The notes beneath the pieces were generated by a model. The model was given only the letters and a program-made list of their open reading frames with translations, made no database searches and had not been told where the DNA came from. Both the position numbers and the translations under genes were made by a program. A stretch of DNA of 63,807 nt, filler included, from Calcarisporiella thermophila CBS 279.70 (taxonomy: Eukaryota > Fungi > Calcarisporiellomycota), in assembly GCF_041956535.1 (NCBI RefSeq). It is 5 parts of 4 records of this genome, joined end to end, with 100 filler letters (N's around TTAATTAATTAA, not from the genome) between each part and the next. Parts side by side here need not be neighbours in the genome. Positions count along the whole stretch, not along the records: positions 1 to 28,580 come from NW_027192200.1; positions 28,681 to 51,539 come from NW_027192203.1; 3 more parts are not named here. One strand, 5' to 3'. Of the stretch, positions 24,279 to 36,836 are shown one piece after another (within the stretch, counting starts at the first letter, position 1; every line of letters starts with the position of its first letter).

Positions 24279-25609
24279 GGTAGAATAGGAACAACAGTCA
24301 ATACCGATATTTGGACAAAATAAACATGGACTTCAGTGCTGATATTTATAGAGAGAGCGCGTCTTCCTGATATTTCCAACGGGGCTTTGGGGTTTCAAAA
24401 TGTCGTTTTCGAGCGCTATTTCGTGTAAGGTTGCTTCTGCTACTCTCGTGCTGTAACCGAGCGAGGATGTTGAACCGCCTTTCCCACTCCTACTCTCTCC
24501 AAATAGCTTGGATCCGCTATTCAGCCATTCGAGATGAGACCACAAATGTAACTCCTGCCATAGCATAACCACTCATTCAAAACATTTTCTACTTCACAAG
24601 GGGCTGAGTGAATTGGCATCGGCATGTCTTTTCCTTATATTATTATGTCTGAGTAGGCTTGTGCTTATCTTGTACCTTAGCACATGGCCGGCAGCCGCTG
24701 CTTTGAGGAAACCTTATTAAATGGATAGGCTAGGGTTTGCTTTCAGAAGACTGCGAGAGCAATTGATCTCAGTCCGACTTTGAACCGAAGATAACGCAGT
24801 TGATGATAAAGCCAAGTCCTTGCTTGCTTTAAACATGGAGGCCGAAGCTGCTTTTCCAGCGCAATGGCAGTACGCACCTTATTCTCTTGGCATTCATTGA
24901 CACAAGGCATCTATAGTGTCTATTTGCATAAATAGAATTGGCAAGGCTACACATGCTTTTCAATTTCTAAATTTTCAACCACGATTGAAACCCAGGCGGC
25001 CTTGTAGGAGGAGGAGCAAGCGCGAAGTTGTGGATGCTGAAAAGAACTCTGTTTTTGCTTTGATCTTCAAGGCCGTTTTGATGCTTAATTAATTGGTAGC
25101 GGCCGGGTCGTCCTTGGCACAAATTGCTTGCTGCCCTCGCCCTCCCCTCTGTGGTGCTACTCTCTCTGCTGCTTGATTTGCAAAATCCTGCCAGCGGGAG
25201 GCCCGATTTCGTGTCACTCTGAATATTAACAGAGCTTTTTCGCTCGCCATCGGTAAAATTGGGAAATCGCCGCGAATACCAGCCGTTATATAAGCCAATA
25301 TGGAGGCCATCGAGCCCTTTCCCTTGATCTCTTTCCCCGAATCTCCTTTTTTAGTCATAGTCTCCATCAATTCATGCTTGGCTGCTCGTGGTCTCTCTCG
25401 ACTCCATTATAGCCACAAAGTATTAGGCTACTTGCTATCGTTTTGCTTTGAGCTCTCTCTAACGGCCGATCCTTTCTGCTTTATTATTCAGGCTGAAATC
25501 TCATCTAGAAATCCTTGCGGGGTGAAGAATTCCGGCCTCATCTCTATTCGAACACTCTCTCAAGGATCATCTCGATTCTGGATTAGACGAGGACAATCAA
25601 GCAAGAGTC

Positions 25610-28580
25610 ATGTCGCCCCTAGCATACATCACCTTTAGCCAAGTCTGGCCGCTTATTCAACGTGCCAAACAGCATGCGCTTTCACTAAAGGACTTTCTTC
25701 CGCTGGACAAGGGGAACTCGGCAAATCAACTTTCCTCTATGCTTACTGCTCATTGGGAAGAATCCGAGAATCCCAGTTTGCTCCGAGCCTTGGCATATGT
25801 GATGCGTGTGGATGCAATCAAAGCATTGCTGTTTGGGCTATTGCTCTCCGCGTTCAAGATCGTAGAAATCGCAGAGCTCTACAATTTCCTGGAGGCATTG
25901 CAAAACAAGGGCAAAGTTCCCGTGGGAGAATTGGTAGGACATGCTTTTGGCGTCATTCTTGCCGTATTGTTGCACGCCATCTTCCATCACCAATATTTTT
26001 ACGTTGCCCTTCGTGCTGGAGTAAGAATGCGTGTTGCGCTTACAGGCTTTCTTTACCGCAAGATCATGCTGGCCGACAAATCATTTATCAATAGTGGCCA
26101 AGTGCTGAATCTTATATCCAACGATGTCCAGAGGTTCGAGGATGGGTCATCGGTCTTCGCATTTGCGATCATAGGCCCAGTAGAATCAATCGTGATTTTG
26201 GGGGTCATCTGGCGCTTCTTGGGGATCATCGCTCTGGCAGGATATGGGTGTCTAGCTCTCCTGATACCGCTGAATACAATCTTCGCAAGACGGTTTAGCC
26301 GACAGCGGAAAATGGTCGTGACCAAGCGTGATGACCGAGTCGGCCTGCTGGAGTCGGTTATTTCTTTTATGGACGTGGTCAAAATGTACACCTGGGAGCA
26401 GCCGATGATTCAGCGCATTTTGGGATATCGCACAAAAGAGTTGAAATATCTGCGCAAATCGGCCAACCTTAAAGCCTTCAACGAGTCGCTGTTCTTCTCC
26501 GCACCAATTATCATCGGATATGTTACGTTTGGCGCGTATTTCCTGGTGAGAGGTGAGTCTCCAGCCAGTACCACTGTAGTCACCGTACTCGGGTATCTTA
26601 GCATCACCAGAATGACCATGTACAGTTTTTTCCCAAAATCTATCGAAATGATCACGGAATGCAGCGTTTCACTAAGTCGTCTCGAGACATTGCTGCATTC
26701 GCTTAAGGGTAAACCAAAGGCAATGGACCGTGTTGTGAAGACTGATTTACCCTGCGAGGAAGGAGTCTCGCTTTCGGTTGATCGTTGCGCATTTGCATGG
26801 CCTGGCTCTGAAATACCAGTGTTGAAGGATGTCACCCTCACACTGGGGCAGAGAGAGCACCTGCTGGTGGCTGGCCAAAGTGGGTCCGCAAAATCCTCCC
26901 TTCTCCTCGGCCTTTTGGATCAGATAGATATTCCGTCCGGTAGTGTTCACCTCAATGGGAGAGCCAGCTATTCATCCCAGGTGGCTTGGCTCTTCAACGG
27001 CACAATCCAAGAGAATATCATATTTGGGCTCGAATATGACGAAGAGCGATTTAAGAGGGTCATTAGAGCCTGTGCGCTCGAAGACGATTTACGCCATTTC
27101 CCCGAGCGTGAGCATAAAGTAGTAGAGGAACGTGGGGCAAATCTTAGCGGCGGTCAACAGGCCCGAATTAACTTGGCCAGAGCCGTATATGCCGACGCGG
27201 ATATTTACCTCTTGGATGATCCCCTGAGCGCTGTGGATTCGCGTGTTGCCTGGCACATCATCCAAGAATGTATACATGGCTTCTTGAAAGACAAAGCTGT
27301 GGTTTTAGTCACGCATCAGCTCCAATATGCGAATGAGTTCGAACGGATAGCGCTGGTCGAAGGTGGCACGGTCAGTATTCTGCATTACACTGATATTTAT
27401 CCCGAACTCTCTCCTACCGCCGAGATGATCTATAGGTTATCTAAGGCCAAGGATAGTGGGACAAATGAGACTCAAGTGGTGCCACAGGAGAAAGGACCAG
27501 AGACAGAGAAGGAGATACGTGTGACCCATGTCGAGGAGAAGCCTGCAGAGAAAGAGAAATCCAGTGGCGATGACGCCCAGCGAAGTGGCATCCCGTGGAG
27601 TCTTTACTGGGTTTATTTCCGAGCTGGCACACCTGCTCTAGGGGCTGTCTTGTTGCTAATTTTATTAACCGGTGGCCAGATTGTCTCTATCATGACTGAG
27701 GTTTGGCTTCTCAAGTGGACAGGCGGCAAGTCTTCAACCGATCTCATAGCCTATACTGTTCTGGCCGCATGCACTTTGTTAATATCTTCAGCTCGATCCG
27801 CTTTCTTCTTCTACGTTGCCTTGTCATCAGCTGCCAACTTGTTCAAGGAGATGCTGAGCGCCGTTATCTACTCTCCTGTATCTTTCTTCAGGGACAATGA
27901 AATCGGGTCGATTCTAAATAGATTGACCAAGGATCAGACCATCGTTGAGGAGATGCTGCCCCTGGTTTTTTTCGACTTTGTGCAGTGCGCTTACATTATT
28001 GCGGCCAACGTATTTTTCGCTTGCTCTAATAACTATTACGCATTCATCGTCGTGGTACCATTGGCCTGGTTATTTATATATTACCGTCGTACCTATCTCG
28101 CTGCATCCCGGCAGATCAAGAGACTAGAGGCCCAGAGTCGCGGACCAGTGTATTCTCAGCTGAGTTGTAGTTTGCAAGGGTTGTCCACCATCCGTGCGGC
28201 TGGCGCTGAACAGATGATGGTTAGAGTTTTCGAAGAGAAACAGGATAGATGCACCAACTACACGCTGCATTTCATCCTTTCCTCTAGGTGGCTAGGATTC
28301 CGACTGGATCAATTGGCTGTTGCTCTATTGGCTTTCTGCGTCATTCTTTCATCTGCAATTAACTTGGGCGATTCATCAATGGTTGGCTTGGCATTGACCT
28401 ATATCATTCAGCTGATGGGTGTCCTCCAATGGTGCACTCGACAAAGTGCTGAAGTGGAAAACATGATGGTTAGCGTGGAGCGGATCCACGAGTACACCAA
28501 ATTAGAACCTGAGGGTGCTAATCGAGTTGCAGTCAAGCCACCCGAAGAATGGCCTTCCCAAGGAAATATCGAGTTCAACC
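25610..28580 (+). CDS. ABCC/MRP-type ABC transporter, intronless, 3' end (NBD2) lost in gap
   Basis: TMD1-NBD1 (GQSGSAKS, LSGGQ, YLLDDPLSAVD)-TMD2 ending SVERI..WP..G.IEF. Confidence 0.95.
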
Positions 28581-28680
28581 NNNNNNNNNNNNNNNNNNNN
28601 NNNNNNNNNNNNNNNNNNNNNNNNTTAATTAATTAANNNNNNNNNNNNNNNNNNNNNNNNNNNNNNNNNNNNNNNNNNNN
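28581..28680. other. Scaffolding gap with artificial TTAATTAATTAA linker (also at 51540-51639, 59184-59283, 61390-61489)
   Basis: Identical N44-linker-N44 structure occurs four times; the linker has stops in all six frames. Confidence 0.95.
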
Positions 28681-28804
28681 CTTTAACTTTGGCTTCCCTT
28701 TCACTTTATTGCTTATAATAATGTAACAATTGTATTTTAGAGTCTTCCTATACAATAAAGACTCGGCATTGATAAAAAAAAAAGATATCGCGCAATTGAC
28801 AGAC

Positions 28805-29294
28805 TGATGCAGCAATTTGGATCATCTATCGGTCAAGATTATCGATAATAATGGATAACGCCCAACCAAGCGAAATAGCGCTCGCTGAACAACTAGGTCA
28901 CGAAATGCAAAAAATCGTGAGATCCAAATGGTGGTCAGCGTCCATAAAGGATAAGAAAGAAGATTTCCAAGAGCTTTGGTGTAAGGAAAGTTGGATACAA
29001 GTCCAAGGAGACGAAATATCCTTCAACCAAAACACTTAGCTCCAATACGACCTTGCCGAATACCCTACCACCCGCATTCTAGTTTTTCTTTTTTTTTCTT
29101 TCTATATTAGTCCATATTCTTTTCCTCTCTTGTATAATACCGTCCTTGAAAAATAGGATGTTATTTATACGATCAACCACTATTTACATGTATTTCTCCT
29201 GACAATTTTTTTTTGAGAGCATTTCTCCTGACAAGGCACTATACTAACCTAAAAGGATACTTTTCAATAAAGATCCATAAATCCCAAAAAAAAA
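28805..29294 (+). mobile_element. 5'-truncated LINE (L1/Tx1-like ORF2 C-terminus, 3'UTR, poly-A) with target-site duplication
   Basis: AAIWIIYRSR...FQELW..SW ORF end, AATAAA, A9 tail; flanked by GCGCAATTGACAGAC at 28790 and 29295. Confidence 0.7.
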
Positions 29295-29308
29295 GCGCAA
29301 TTGACAGA

Positions 29309-29963
29309 CCATTGTGTGCTGGGTTCGATTCCCGGTGACGGCACCAGTGCTAGAGATGTTGGGGAGGGTTAGCGTAGTGGACTATCCCTGGTATGCCGAT
29401 GAGAACGGCGTGGGTTCGAATCCCACTTCCCCCACCAGCACTTACTCTTAGTTTGTGGCTGCTGTCCACTTGATCAGAAATTGAGTCTTCATTATTGAAA
29501 AGATCGCTCCTACGATAAGTACAAAGATTACATCGGTTTCACGTACATGTTATTCACGACAACTACAATACACGCATATCGATTGAACGCCTATCGATCA
29601 AGAACCTATATCCCGTTATGTTGAGTCCATTGACATTAACCTCATGTAATATATGGAAATTAAATAAAAGTTTCCATTGATTGATCAAAAAAAAAAAAAT
29701 CCAGTACTAGAGATGTGACCGGGACATACTCTAAGAATCGAGCTAAAAACTACTTCGTCATAACTTCTCCGAAATGCAGTAAATATGCGTCAATGAAATT
29801 CTTCCATATATACTTCTTCTTATTCTCTATCCTTCTCGGTACGAGCAATTCCTCTATACAAGGCTGGTCAGGAGCATTACCTGGGTGATTTTGACGTAGA
29901 AGTCTACCCTGCCTTTAACTTGTATAGGAGACTTTTCGATAAAGGTTCTTTGTTTAAAAAAAA
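29309..29963 (+). mobile_element. 5'-truncated tRNA-derived SINE (SINE A), interrupted by SINE B
   Basis: B box and tRNA 3' end including CCA (GGGTTCGATTCCCGGTGACGGCACCA), A8 tail, TSD GCGCAATTGACAGA at 29295 and 29964. Confidence 0.72.
29360..29700 (+). mobile_element. Full-length tRNA(Leu-like)-derived SINE (SINE B)
   Basis: A box TAGCGTAGTGG, B box GGTTCGAATCC, acceptor-like stem plus CCA, AATAAA, A13 tail; 16-bp TSD CCAGT(G/A)CTAGAGATGT at 29344-29359 and 29701-29716. Confidence 0.85.
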
Positions 29964-30807
29964 GCGCAATTGACAGAATTTTGCCAGAATCTAGGTGCTT
30001 ATGAAAAACTTCACCATCTGGTACTTATTAGACAGTGAATTGTACCTTGTTTTCTATAGAAAGAGTGACTGTTGTTCAATTCGTCCCATTGCTTTATGCT
30101 GATCTCTGCCTCCATTGTCAAATATAGCATACCTGTGAAAATATTCACTTAGAAAGATGCCACTTTATTTGAAAGCACTAAACATTCAACTGAAATACAA
30201 CCTCTGTTGAATGAACAGGTTAATATCATCCAAATGGAGTAGTATATTAACAAAGCTTCATGGAAATTGGCTACGAGATCTAGAAGAGATAATAGCATGA
30301 TACCCTTCTCCAAGCATAACTGATCTGAATTGGACATTGCTGGTATTCACATTTATTTTGATATTTTACAGTATTTGCATCTGTGGCTCTCTTCCATTTT
30401 AAAGTTCGTTTTATACATTCTTCTATCTTCCAAGCACACTATTTCCGGGTAGAAGGTAGTAAAATCACGATATTCATAAAATAGGAAGGATAATAGACAT
30501 CTATGATAAGGACAGAGATTAGCACGAATAGTTGTATCCTTTTTCCTACGCTCTCTATAGAAATAAATTAACATTATTTAGGCTGGATGTATGCATTCCT
30601 TCATATTTATTGGGCCCTAGTCTGGATCGATTTGAAAACAAGTCACAATTTGAGTAAGTTTAAGCGAGTGTAAACACGAAATACTTGGGAACTATAATGC
30701 GCGTTTAAGATCATCGGTGTATTATTGATCAACATTATCAAACGCTAGCTTCCATCAGACAACTCAACTATCACGGCGACTGGTCTTCTCCTCCCTCCTC
30801 TGATGTG

Positions 30808-32040
30808 ATGTCGCTCAGACTATCATCGCTCCAGAGAAAATTTCTTCTATCCCCTCTATCCAAACTTGCATTAGCGACTCCATTACCTGTACATACACTC
30901 GCACAAACAACACGATCTATGGCCAGTTCTAAAAAGAAATGTCAGCATTCGTGGGAGATGCGACTAGATAATACCCTAAATAATCTGTTGCTGCGAAAAG
31001 CTAATCTGGATCCTTCCACGCGCCCCAACAATACCCACCTACACAGAATACCATTGAATCGTACACGAGCCCATCCGAAAGCGTTGTTTTTACGTGCTCT
31101 CTCACGCAACGACTTTGAGGAGGCATGGTCTGCGTATGTAAAGCTTGCTGATCATAACCAGCTCCGCACACTTACAAGGAGGATCTATCATCATTGGATC
31201 ATGGTTATTTCAGGGGTGAAACGATGCCCTGAAGCGCTCCAGCGCTTATTATGTGTGGTTAGCGACATGAAGTCGCTTGGAATGCAACTCATGGTAAAAG
31301 AATACAATATTCTTATCCACTTGACTGGGACAGTTCCGAGACGAGAAAGTAGATGGAGATTGAGAGATGCTCAGAGAGTATATGAAGAGATGGTGCGGGA
31401 GGGTGTTCATCCAGATATAGTTACATTCAATACCCTTATGACGATTGCGGCGCGTTCCGAAAACAGTGCTGCCGCTCGGCGGCTTTGGGATGAAGTACTT
31501 GCGCGGGGTCTTCGGCCTAACGCATTAACTTTTACTGCGTTGATGCAGGCGTTTGCTGCTGAAGGTAATCTTGACGCTGTATCACGCACATACCAGGAAA
31601 TGACAAAATATGCGCGCATACCGCCGAGTATCATCACCATGAATGTGGTCATTGGAGCATGCGTGCGTGCTGGGGATTTTGAAAGGGCCGAACGTATTTT
31701 ACGCGAACTGGAGACTGGGAGTGAATTAATACGGCCAAACGAAATCACCTATCAAATCTTGGCTAAAGGTCACTTACAAGCTGGAAGTACACAGCGAGCG
31801 TTGGCGTTTTTTCGGCGCATCCCACGGGCTTCGTTGAAGGACCTGAAAAAATGCAAGGAATCGGATGCCCGAATCCATAACGTTCGAGAGCAGGATAAGC
31901 CGGGTGAAGTAGACATGCAAAAATGGAAAGATTGGGAAGATTGGAAAGAACGTGGTGTACAGGAGGAACATCGTGAACGTGAAAAAGAAGGAACCGAATT
32001 GCTAGAGGATCATATTAAAGAAGAGGGGAAATCTAGATGA
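30808..32040 (+). CDS. Pentatricopeptide repeat (PPR) protein, probably mitochondrial
   Basis: Tandem 35-aa repeats (PDIVTFNTLM, PNALTFTALM, PSIITMNVVI, PNEITYQIL); basic Ser/Leu/Arg-rich presequence. Confidence 0.9.
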   Translation: MSLRLSSLQRKFLLSPLSKLALATPLPVHTLAQTTRSMASSKKKCQHSWEMRLDNTLNNLLLRKANLDPSTRPNNTHLHRIPLNRTRAHPKALFLRALSRNDFEEAWSAYVKLADHNQLRTLTRRIYHHWIMVISGVKRCPEALQRLLCVVSDMKSLGMQLMVKEYNILIHLTGTVPRRESRWRLRDAQRVYEEMVREGVHPDIVTFNTLMTIAARSENSAAARRLWDEVLARGLRPNALTFTALMQAFAAEGNLDAVSRTYQEMTKYARIPPSIITMNVVIGACVRAGDFERAERILRELETGSELIRPNEITYQILAKGHLQAGSTQRALAFFRRIPRASLKDLKKCKESDARIHNVREQDKPGEVDMQKWKDWEDWKERGVQEEHREREKEGTELLEDHIKEEGKSR

Positions 32041-32500
32041 ACCTAAAATTATGAAAGAAATGTTTATAGAAAAAACTTATTCTATTTATTTATTTTATAC
32101 ACCTCCTCCTTTCACCCTTCCTTTCTTTTTGCTTCATAATCCTCTCAAATATTGCTGGTCGCCTTTTGACTTATTGCATCTTTTGGATTTAATATCGTTG
32201 GACTTGCCTGTAAATAAATTCTCTTTATGTAATTTTACAAATTTTTTAAGATTCAAATTGATGACGTAACGACTGTTGATTTTTTTCGTTTAACATGTTT
32301 TATCCTTCTTGTTGCTTGGTACTCTCCGTCAACGTGTTTTTTTATACTTTGTTGCGTGGTCTAAAATAAAAATATATTACACGCGACACGAGACGCGATA
32401 TTTGCGCTATAAACTTTTCACTATTATTCTTTGATCAACGCAGGTTCATCGTTCAGATCTTCAACGATCGTTCCACCCGATCTACTCCGGCCAACATAAT

Positions 32501-35500
32501 ATGCAGCAGCCGGACGGCAGCCAGCAGACCGGTTTCCCTGCGATGTCAAGTTCTCAGGACTCTGGATCGTCCGGGAACAAAGCCATAGATGCTTCCTTCC
32601 TCGCCTTTAACGGAAACTATGTAGATCCATCTGTGTGGTCTGAATTCCAGGCGCGATCCATCCTTGCATCACAATCTTCTCAATGGGGCCAAGGGTTACC
32701 GATCGGGATGCAACAGAACCAACAGGCAGCTCCCCACCAACAAACAATATCGCCGCAGCAACAGCAACAGACCCCAATGGCAGATAATTCTACGCCAAAT
32801 CAGCTTCAGCAAGCTCAGGATCAGCCTTTGCAACCTTCTCAGATGGCCTCATTCTTACTCAATCAACAGCAGCAGCAGGAGCAGCAACAGTCGATGGCCT
32901 TTAATCCTTCTGGTGGTGAAGAATTCAACCCAGAATGGCTTAATGCACTTGGTAATGGAGGCTTTGATCTTAATTTTACTAATATCGGGAACATGTACAA
33001 TCCTAGTGCCACCTCCTCATCAAAAAATAGCTCACCCTTTCCCAACGCTATGGGTGAGACCGAAGACACTAATAATTCATCGAAGCAGGAAAATCAACAG
33101 CAGCAGCAGAAGCAGTTTCAGCCACAACAACAACAATCGCTGGTCACCTCGGCGCAACATCAACAAACACAGCAGCAGCAAACGATCGATGTTAATTCCC
33201 AACCTAATTCATCTGCCTTCGGCCAATCTGCCACGAACAATGCTACAGCTTCAATCTCATCTGCCCAATCAACTCACACAATTGCCCGAGCAATTTCATC
33301 GTCAGGTTCTCCGAGCATAAGCAATGCTGCAGCGCACGCATCGCCAAATGTTGGGATGATGCAGCCAACCAATCCGCTCCAAGGTAATCGCGCGGCTGGG
33401 ATGATGGGATGGGGAAATTTCATGTCCATGCCAGGAGGTGCAGCTGGTATCTATGCTACTCAGCAGTTGGCCGGCGAAAATACCAATGGTCCAATGCAAC
33501 AGCAACCCCAAGCCTCTCCAACACCGCAGGCGCAGGCACAAGTGCAAGCACAGGCGCAGGCAATAATGGCCGGCCTAGGGAGCCAAGCAATGCCTGTAGC
33601 TGCTCAGCATCTTGCTCAGCTAGCATCGGGAAACAAGGCTGCAGTGCAACCTGCGCTACCGAGAATGAGCTTCACTGCCCTCCAAATTAGCCAGTACAAG
33701 CAGATCCAGCAGAATATTGAGATGGTAAAGAAGGATCAAACGCTGCCACCAACGCGCAAGCAACAACTCCTTCAAAATTTAGAGCAGGCACGACACACTC
33801 TGTTATCTATCGGACAGTCGCAGTCAGTTATGCAGCAGCAAGCACAGCTTCAGCAGATGACTCTTGGAAGAATGCCAGCGCAGGTGTCGGGCCAAGTCAC
33901 TCCAAGCAAAGCCGGAACAATGCTCCCTAACTCAACTCCATTTCAGCAGGCTGGATTTCCTATGGGGAACGCAGCAATAGCAGCCCTACAGCAACAGCAG
34001 CAACAACAGCTATTGCAAGCGACGGCTCAGCTAAATGCTATGCAAACAACCGCTCCAACGGCACGAGATATCCAGCAACTCAATGTGCTTAACGAGAAAT
34101 TGCCATTACAGAAGGCGTACGACCATCCGGCCGCTCATCTCACGCAGGAGCAATTTGTTAAATCTCTACGCGATTTCCTTGCATCTAAGAATATCACACT
34201 TCGAATTCCCAACATGGGTAAACAGCCTGTAAACCTCTATTTAGTCTATCTTGCTGTGACTAGGATGGGCGGTTACGAAAAGGTTTGTATGATTTTATGG
34301 TGTTTAGTTAATTTTATAAGCTACTAGATGGGTTCCATTTTCGCTTATTCTATTTTTTTTTTCCTATCAATATAGGTGACAAGAGAAAGAGCATGGCGAC
34401 AGGTTGCAGAATTGACTGGTATCGCAAGTATGACTGCCAATCCAATTCAGAGTCTGCGAAAACACTACCAGAACATTCTATTACCATTTGAGGAGGCTCA
34501 TTTCCCAGCAGGCGAGAAGAAGCAGCAGTCAATAGAGCAGCCTACGGAATCTCAACCAGTAGCTACTAGCACTCATTTAGGGCCCACGGTTGTCCCTCAA
34601 ACCAATTATCTGGCAAATGCCGATGCAGGTACATATTTGATATTATCAAAGTCTATATTTCATAAGGAGGCTCATAGATCACTTTTTTTGAATAGCTAAT
34701 ATGAATCTAGCTGGCGTACCTTCTCTTCCCACTACTGGCTTTCCTATGACAAATAATTCTGTGGTATCGAATCAATTACAAGTAAGCTACTTTTTTTTTG
34801 ACGGATGCTTCCTGAGTATATAATACATAATTCAATTTTATTTAGCCACAAATGCATGGCCTTTCTATGGCAATGTCCCCGCCGTCTTCACTCATGAACC
34901 AAAGAATGGTAAACCCCCAAGCGTTACCAGTGAGGCGTACCTCATCTCAAACCCAGTCTAATCAGAGTCCCGCTCTTTCACCTTCTCGCCGCTCATCTAC
35001 TCATCAGGTCACAAAGTCAACCATGTCACCGCCCCATAATCATGCTGCTCCAGCTGGGGTTGTCCCGAACCAACAGCAGCCTGGAATTTCAAGCTCGCCT
35101 GTGCAAGTTCCCGCTCTACCTAAAACTACCATCCCAAGTCCTGCTCTCAAGGAGGACGTCACATCTAACAGTAGCGCTACACCACGCAAAAAACCCTATG
35201 TGCCAAAAACTCGTGTGATTGAGACGTACGGCGGCATTGATGTTAAATACTTTGAGAAATTTGATTTAAAACCACAGTTTCCTAGCATCAATGATTTGGG
35301 TGAGTAACTCGATTTATCTTGCATATTTACTCTCATATATTGAACCTCAACATGAAAATGTTCAAATTAGGTGCTGTTGATATCCATGCAATTACAATGT
35401 CGATTAAATCCGGTATGAAAATGGAGATGGCCACGGCTCTGAACACCCTCACCGTACTTACCAGCGCGCGCAATATTTTGCTTCCAATCAGTCGTTGCGG

Positions 35501-36836
35501 CAGTTTATTAGACGCTCTTCTGGATATCATTGGGGATTATGCATCGGCCATGGGCCGTTTATCAACCAAAAAGTTCAAATATCCATTTGAGAAAACGATT
35601 CCTTCCTATTCCGAGCTGGTTGAATTCTCTTTAGAGGAGCAGCAAACGCTGCAAGTACCAGAAGAACGCACCGGCTCTGAGCGATGGCTATCGCTACGAG
35701 ATCGAGCAGTGTGTGCCATGAATATATTACGGAATCTCTCATTTATGCCTGACAATCAGTCCTATCTTGGGAGACATAGAAAATTCTTGGATAGATTGAT
35801 AGAGGCGCTTTCGATTCCGATCGACGATGGGAAATCGAACGGGGATGCTCTCGAGGCAAAGGATGAGGAGTATGATGACGAGGAGCAGGACGACGAGATG
35901 GCAGAGGAAGTGGGGGACGATGCCGAAGTGGGAAGCAATTGTAGTCGGCGTCGAAAGCGAAAGCGTGCTCGCGCACTCGATGTGCTTGAAATGAGGAAGA
36001 GCGTGCTTGTTATCTTGTCCAATATCGCCTCGAACACCTTGCTCCACTCGCTAGAGGTCGCCAACATCATAGTGGCGGTGATACACGACATGCTTGGAGC
36101 ACGGAACTCGCACTATAGCTTCGTTGCTCTCGAGGCTTTTGTCAAATTGTCCATCAACCACGAAAACCGCTGCCTACTTGCTCAAATCGATATGTCCAGG
36201 TTGGAGGCGCTGGTTGATGCAGTCCTAAGCACCCTGTTGAGTGAATTCTTCCCCTCGGGACGACTCGTACACCCAGCCATGATGACTTCCACCATGCTGG
36301 CCCACTTGGAGACACTGCTGATGTGCCTGTACAACATGGTCGAGTTGCCCGAGGTCTCGCTTTCGCCTCCGCAGCCTGCCCTGCCTCAGCTTACTCCAAC
36401 ACCGTCTCCTCACACAATGACCAAGCTATCTACACCTTCCACGCCCGCTCTAATGAATAGCGCCAATCCCCAATACAACAGGGATAGATCCCCAACTCCC
36501 CCTACCTCTACTTCGACACCGGCACCCGGTGGTGTGCCCTCACTACAGATTAACGACAACCCTGTTGCTATGCAAAGTCTAGGCTCACGCATGGTGCGGA
36601 AACCAGGACTCGTCGGCGTATTGCTTCGACTCTGCGTTGCTTTGGGCTGCCTGGCCAACCCCAACCTAATGGCTGCCTGCCGGCGCTCTGTGGAAATCCT
36701 TTTTGCATTACGACGCCATCACAAAGAGGAGGGTGGATTCCTGGAGCCGCACCGAGCGCTGGTGCTTGATGCATTGCTTCATCCAACTGTAGATCCGGCC
36801 TTCCTAAGAGATTTGACTGCATTATCGGAGAGCTAG
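32501..36836 (+). CDS. SWI1: SWI/SNF ARID-domain subunit (Swi1/Sol1/ARID1-like), multi-exon
   Basis: Q/N-rich N-terminus; ARID domain (P.MG...NLY.VY..V...GG..KV|T....WRQVA...LRKHY...LLPFE); YGG.D, G.VDI.A.TMSIKSG, LRNLSF C-terminal ARM region. Confidence 0.88.

Noticed and set aside
28625-28636. TTAATTAATTAA palindromes inside N runs (four copies)
   Set aside because: Artificial scaffolding linker. ORFs that end in or span it (ABCC 'LIN' end, 58936, 59228, 61225) are artefacts.
29361-29437. Functional tRNA gene
   Set aside because: The anticodon arm is collapsed, the acceptor stem is mismatched, CCA is encoded, and it sits in a poly-A/TSD unit; it is a SINE head.
28790-29977. Repeat-spacer pattern resembling a CRISPR array
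   Set aside because: 14-bp repeats, spacers of 490-655 bp with poly-A tails, no cas genes and a eukaryotic host; better explained as target-site duplications.
32501-34100. Q/N-rich prion-like region of Swi1
   Set aside because: Expected for this family (yeast Swi1 has one); not novel and not linked to the NLR motif.
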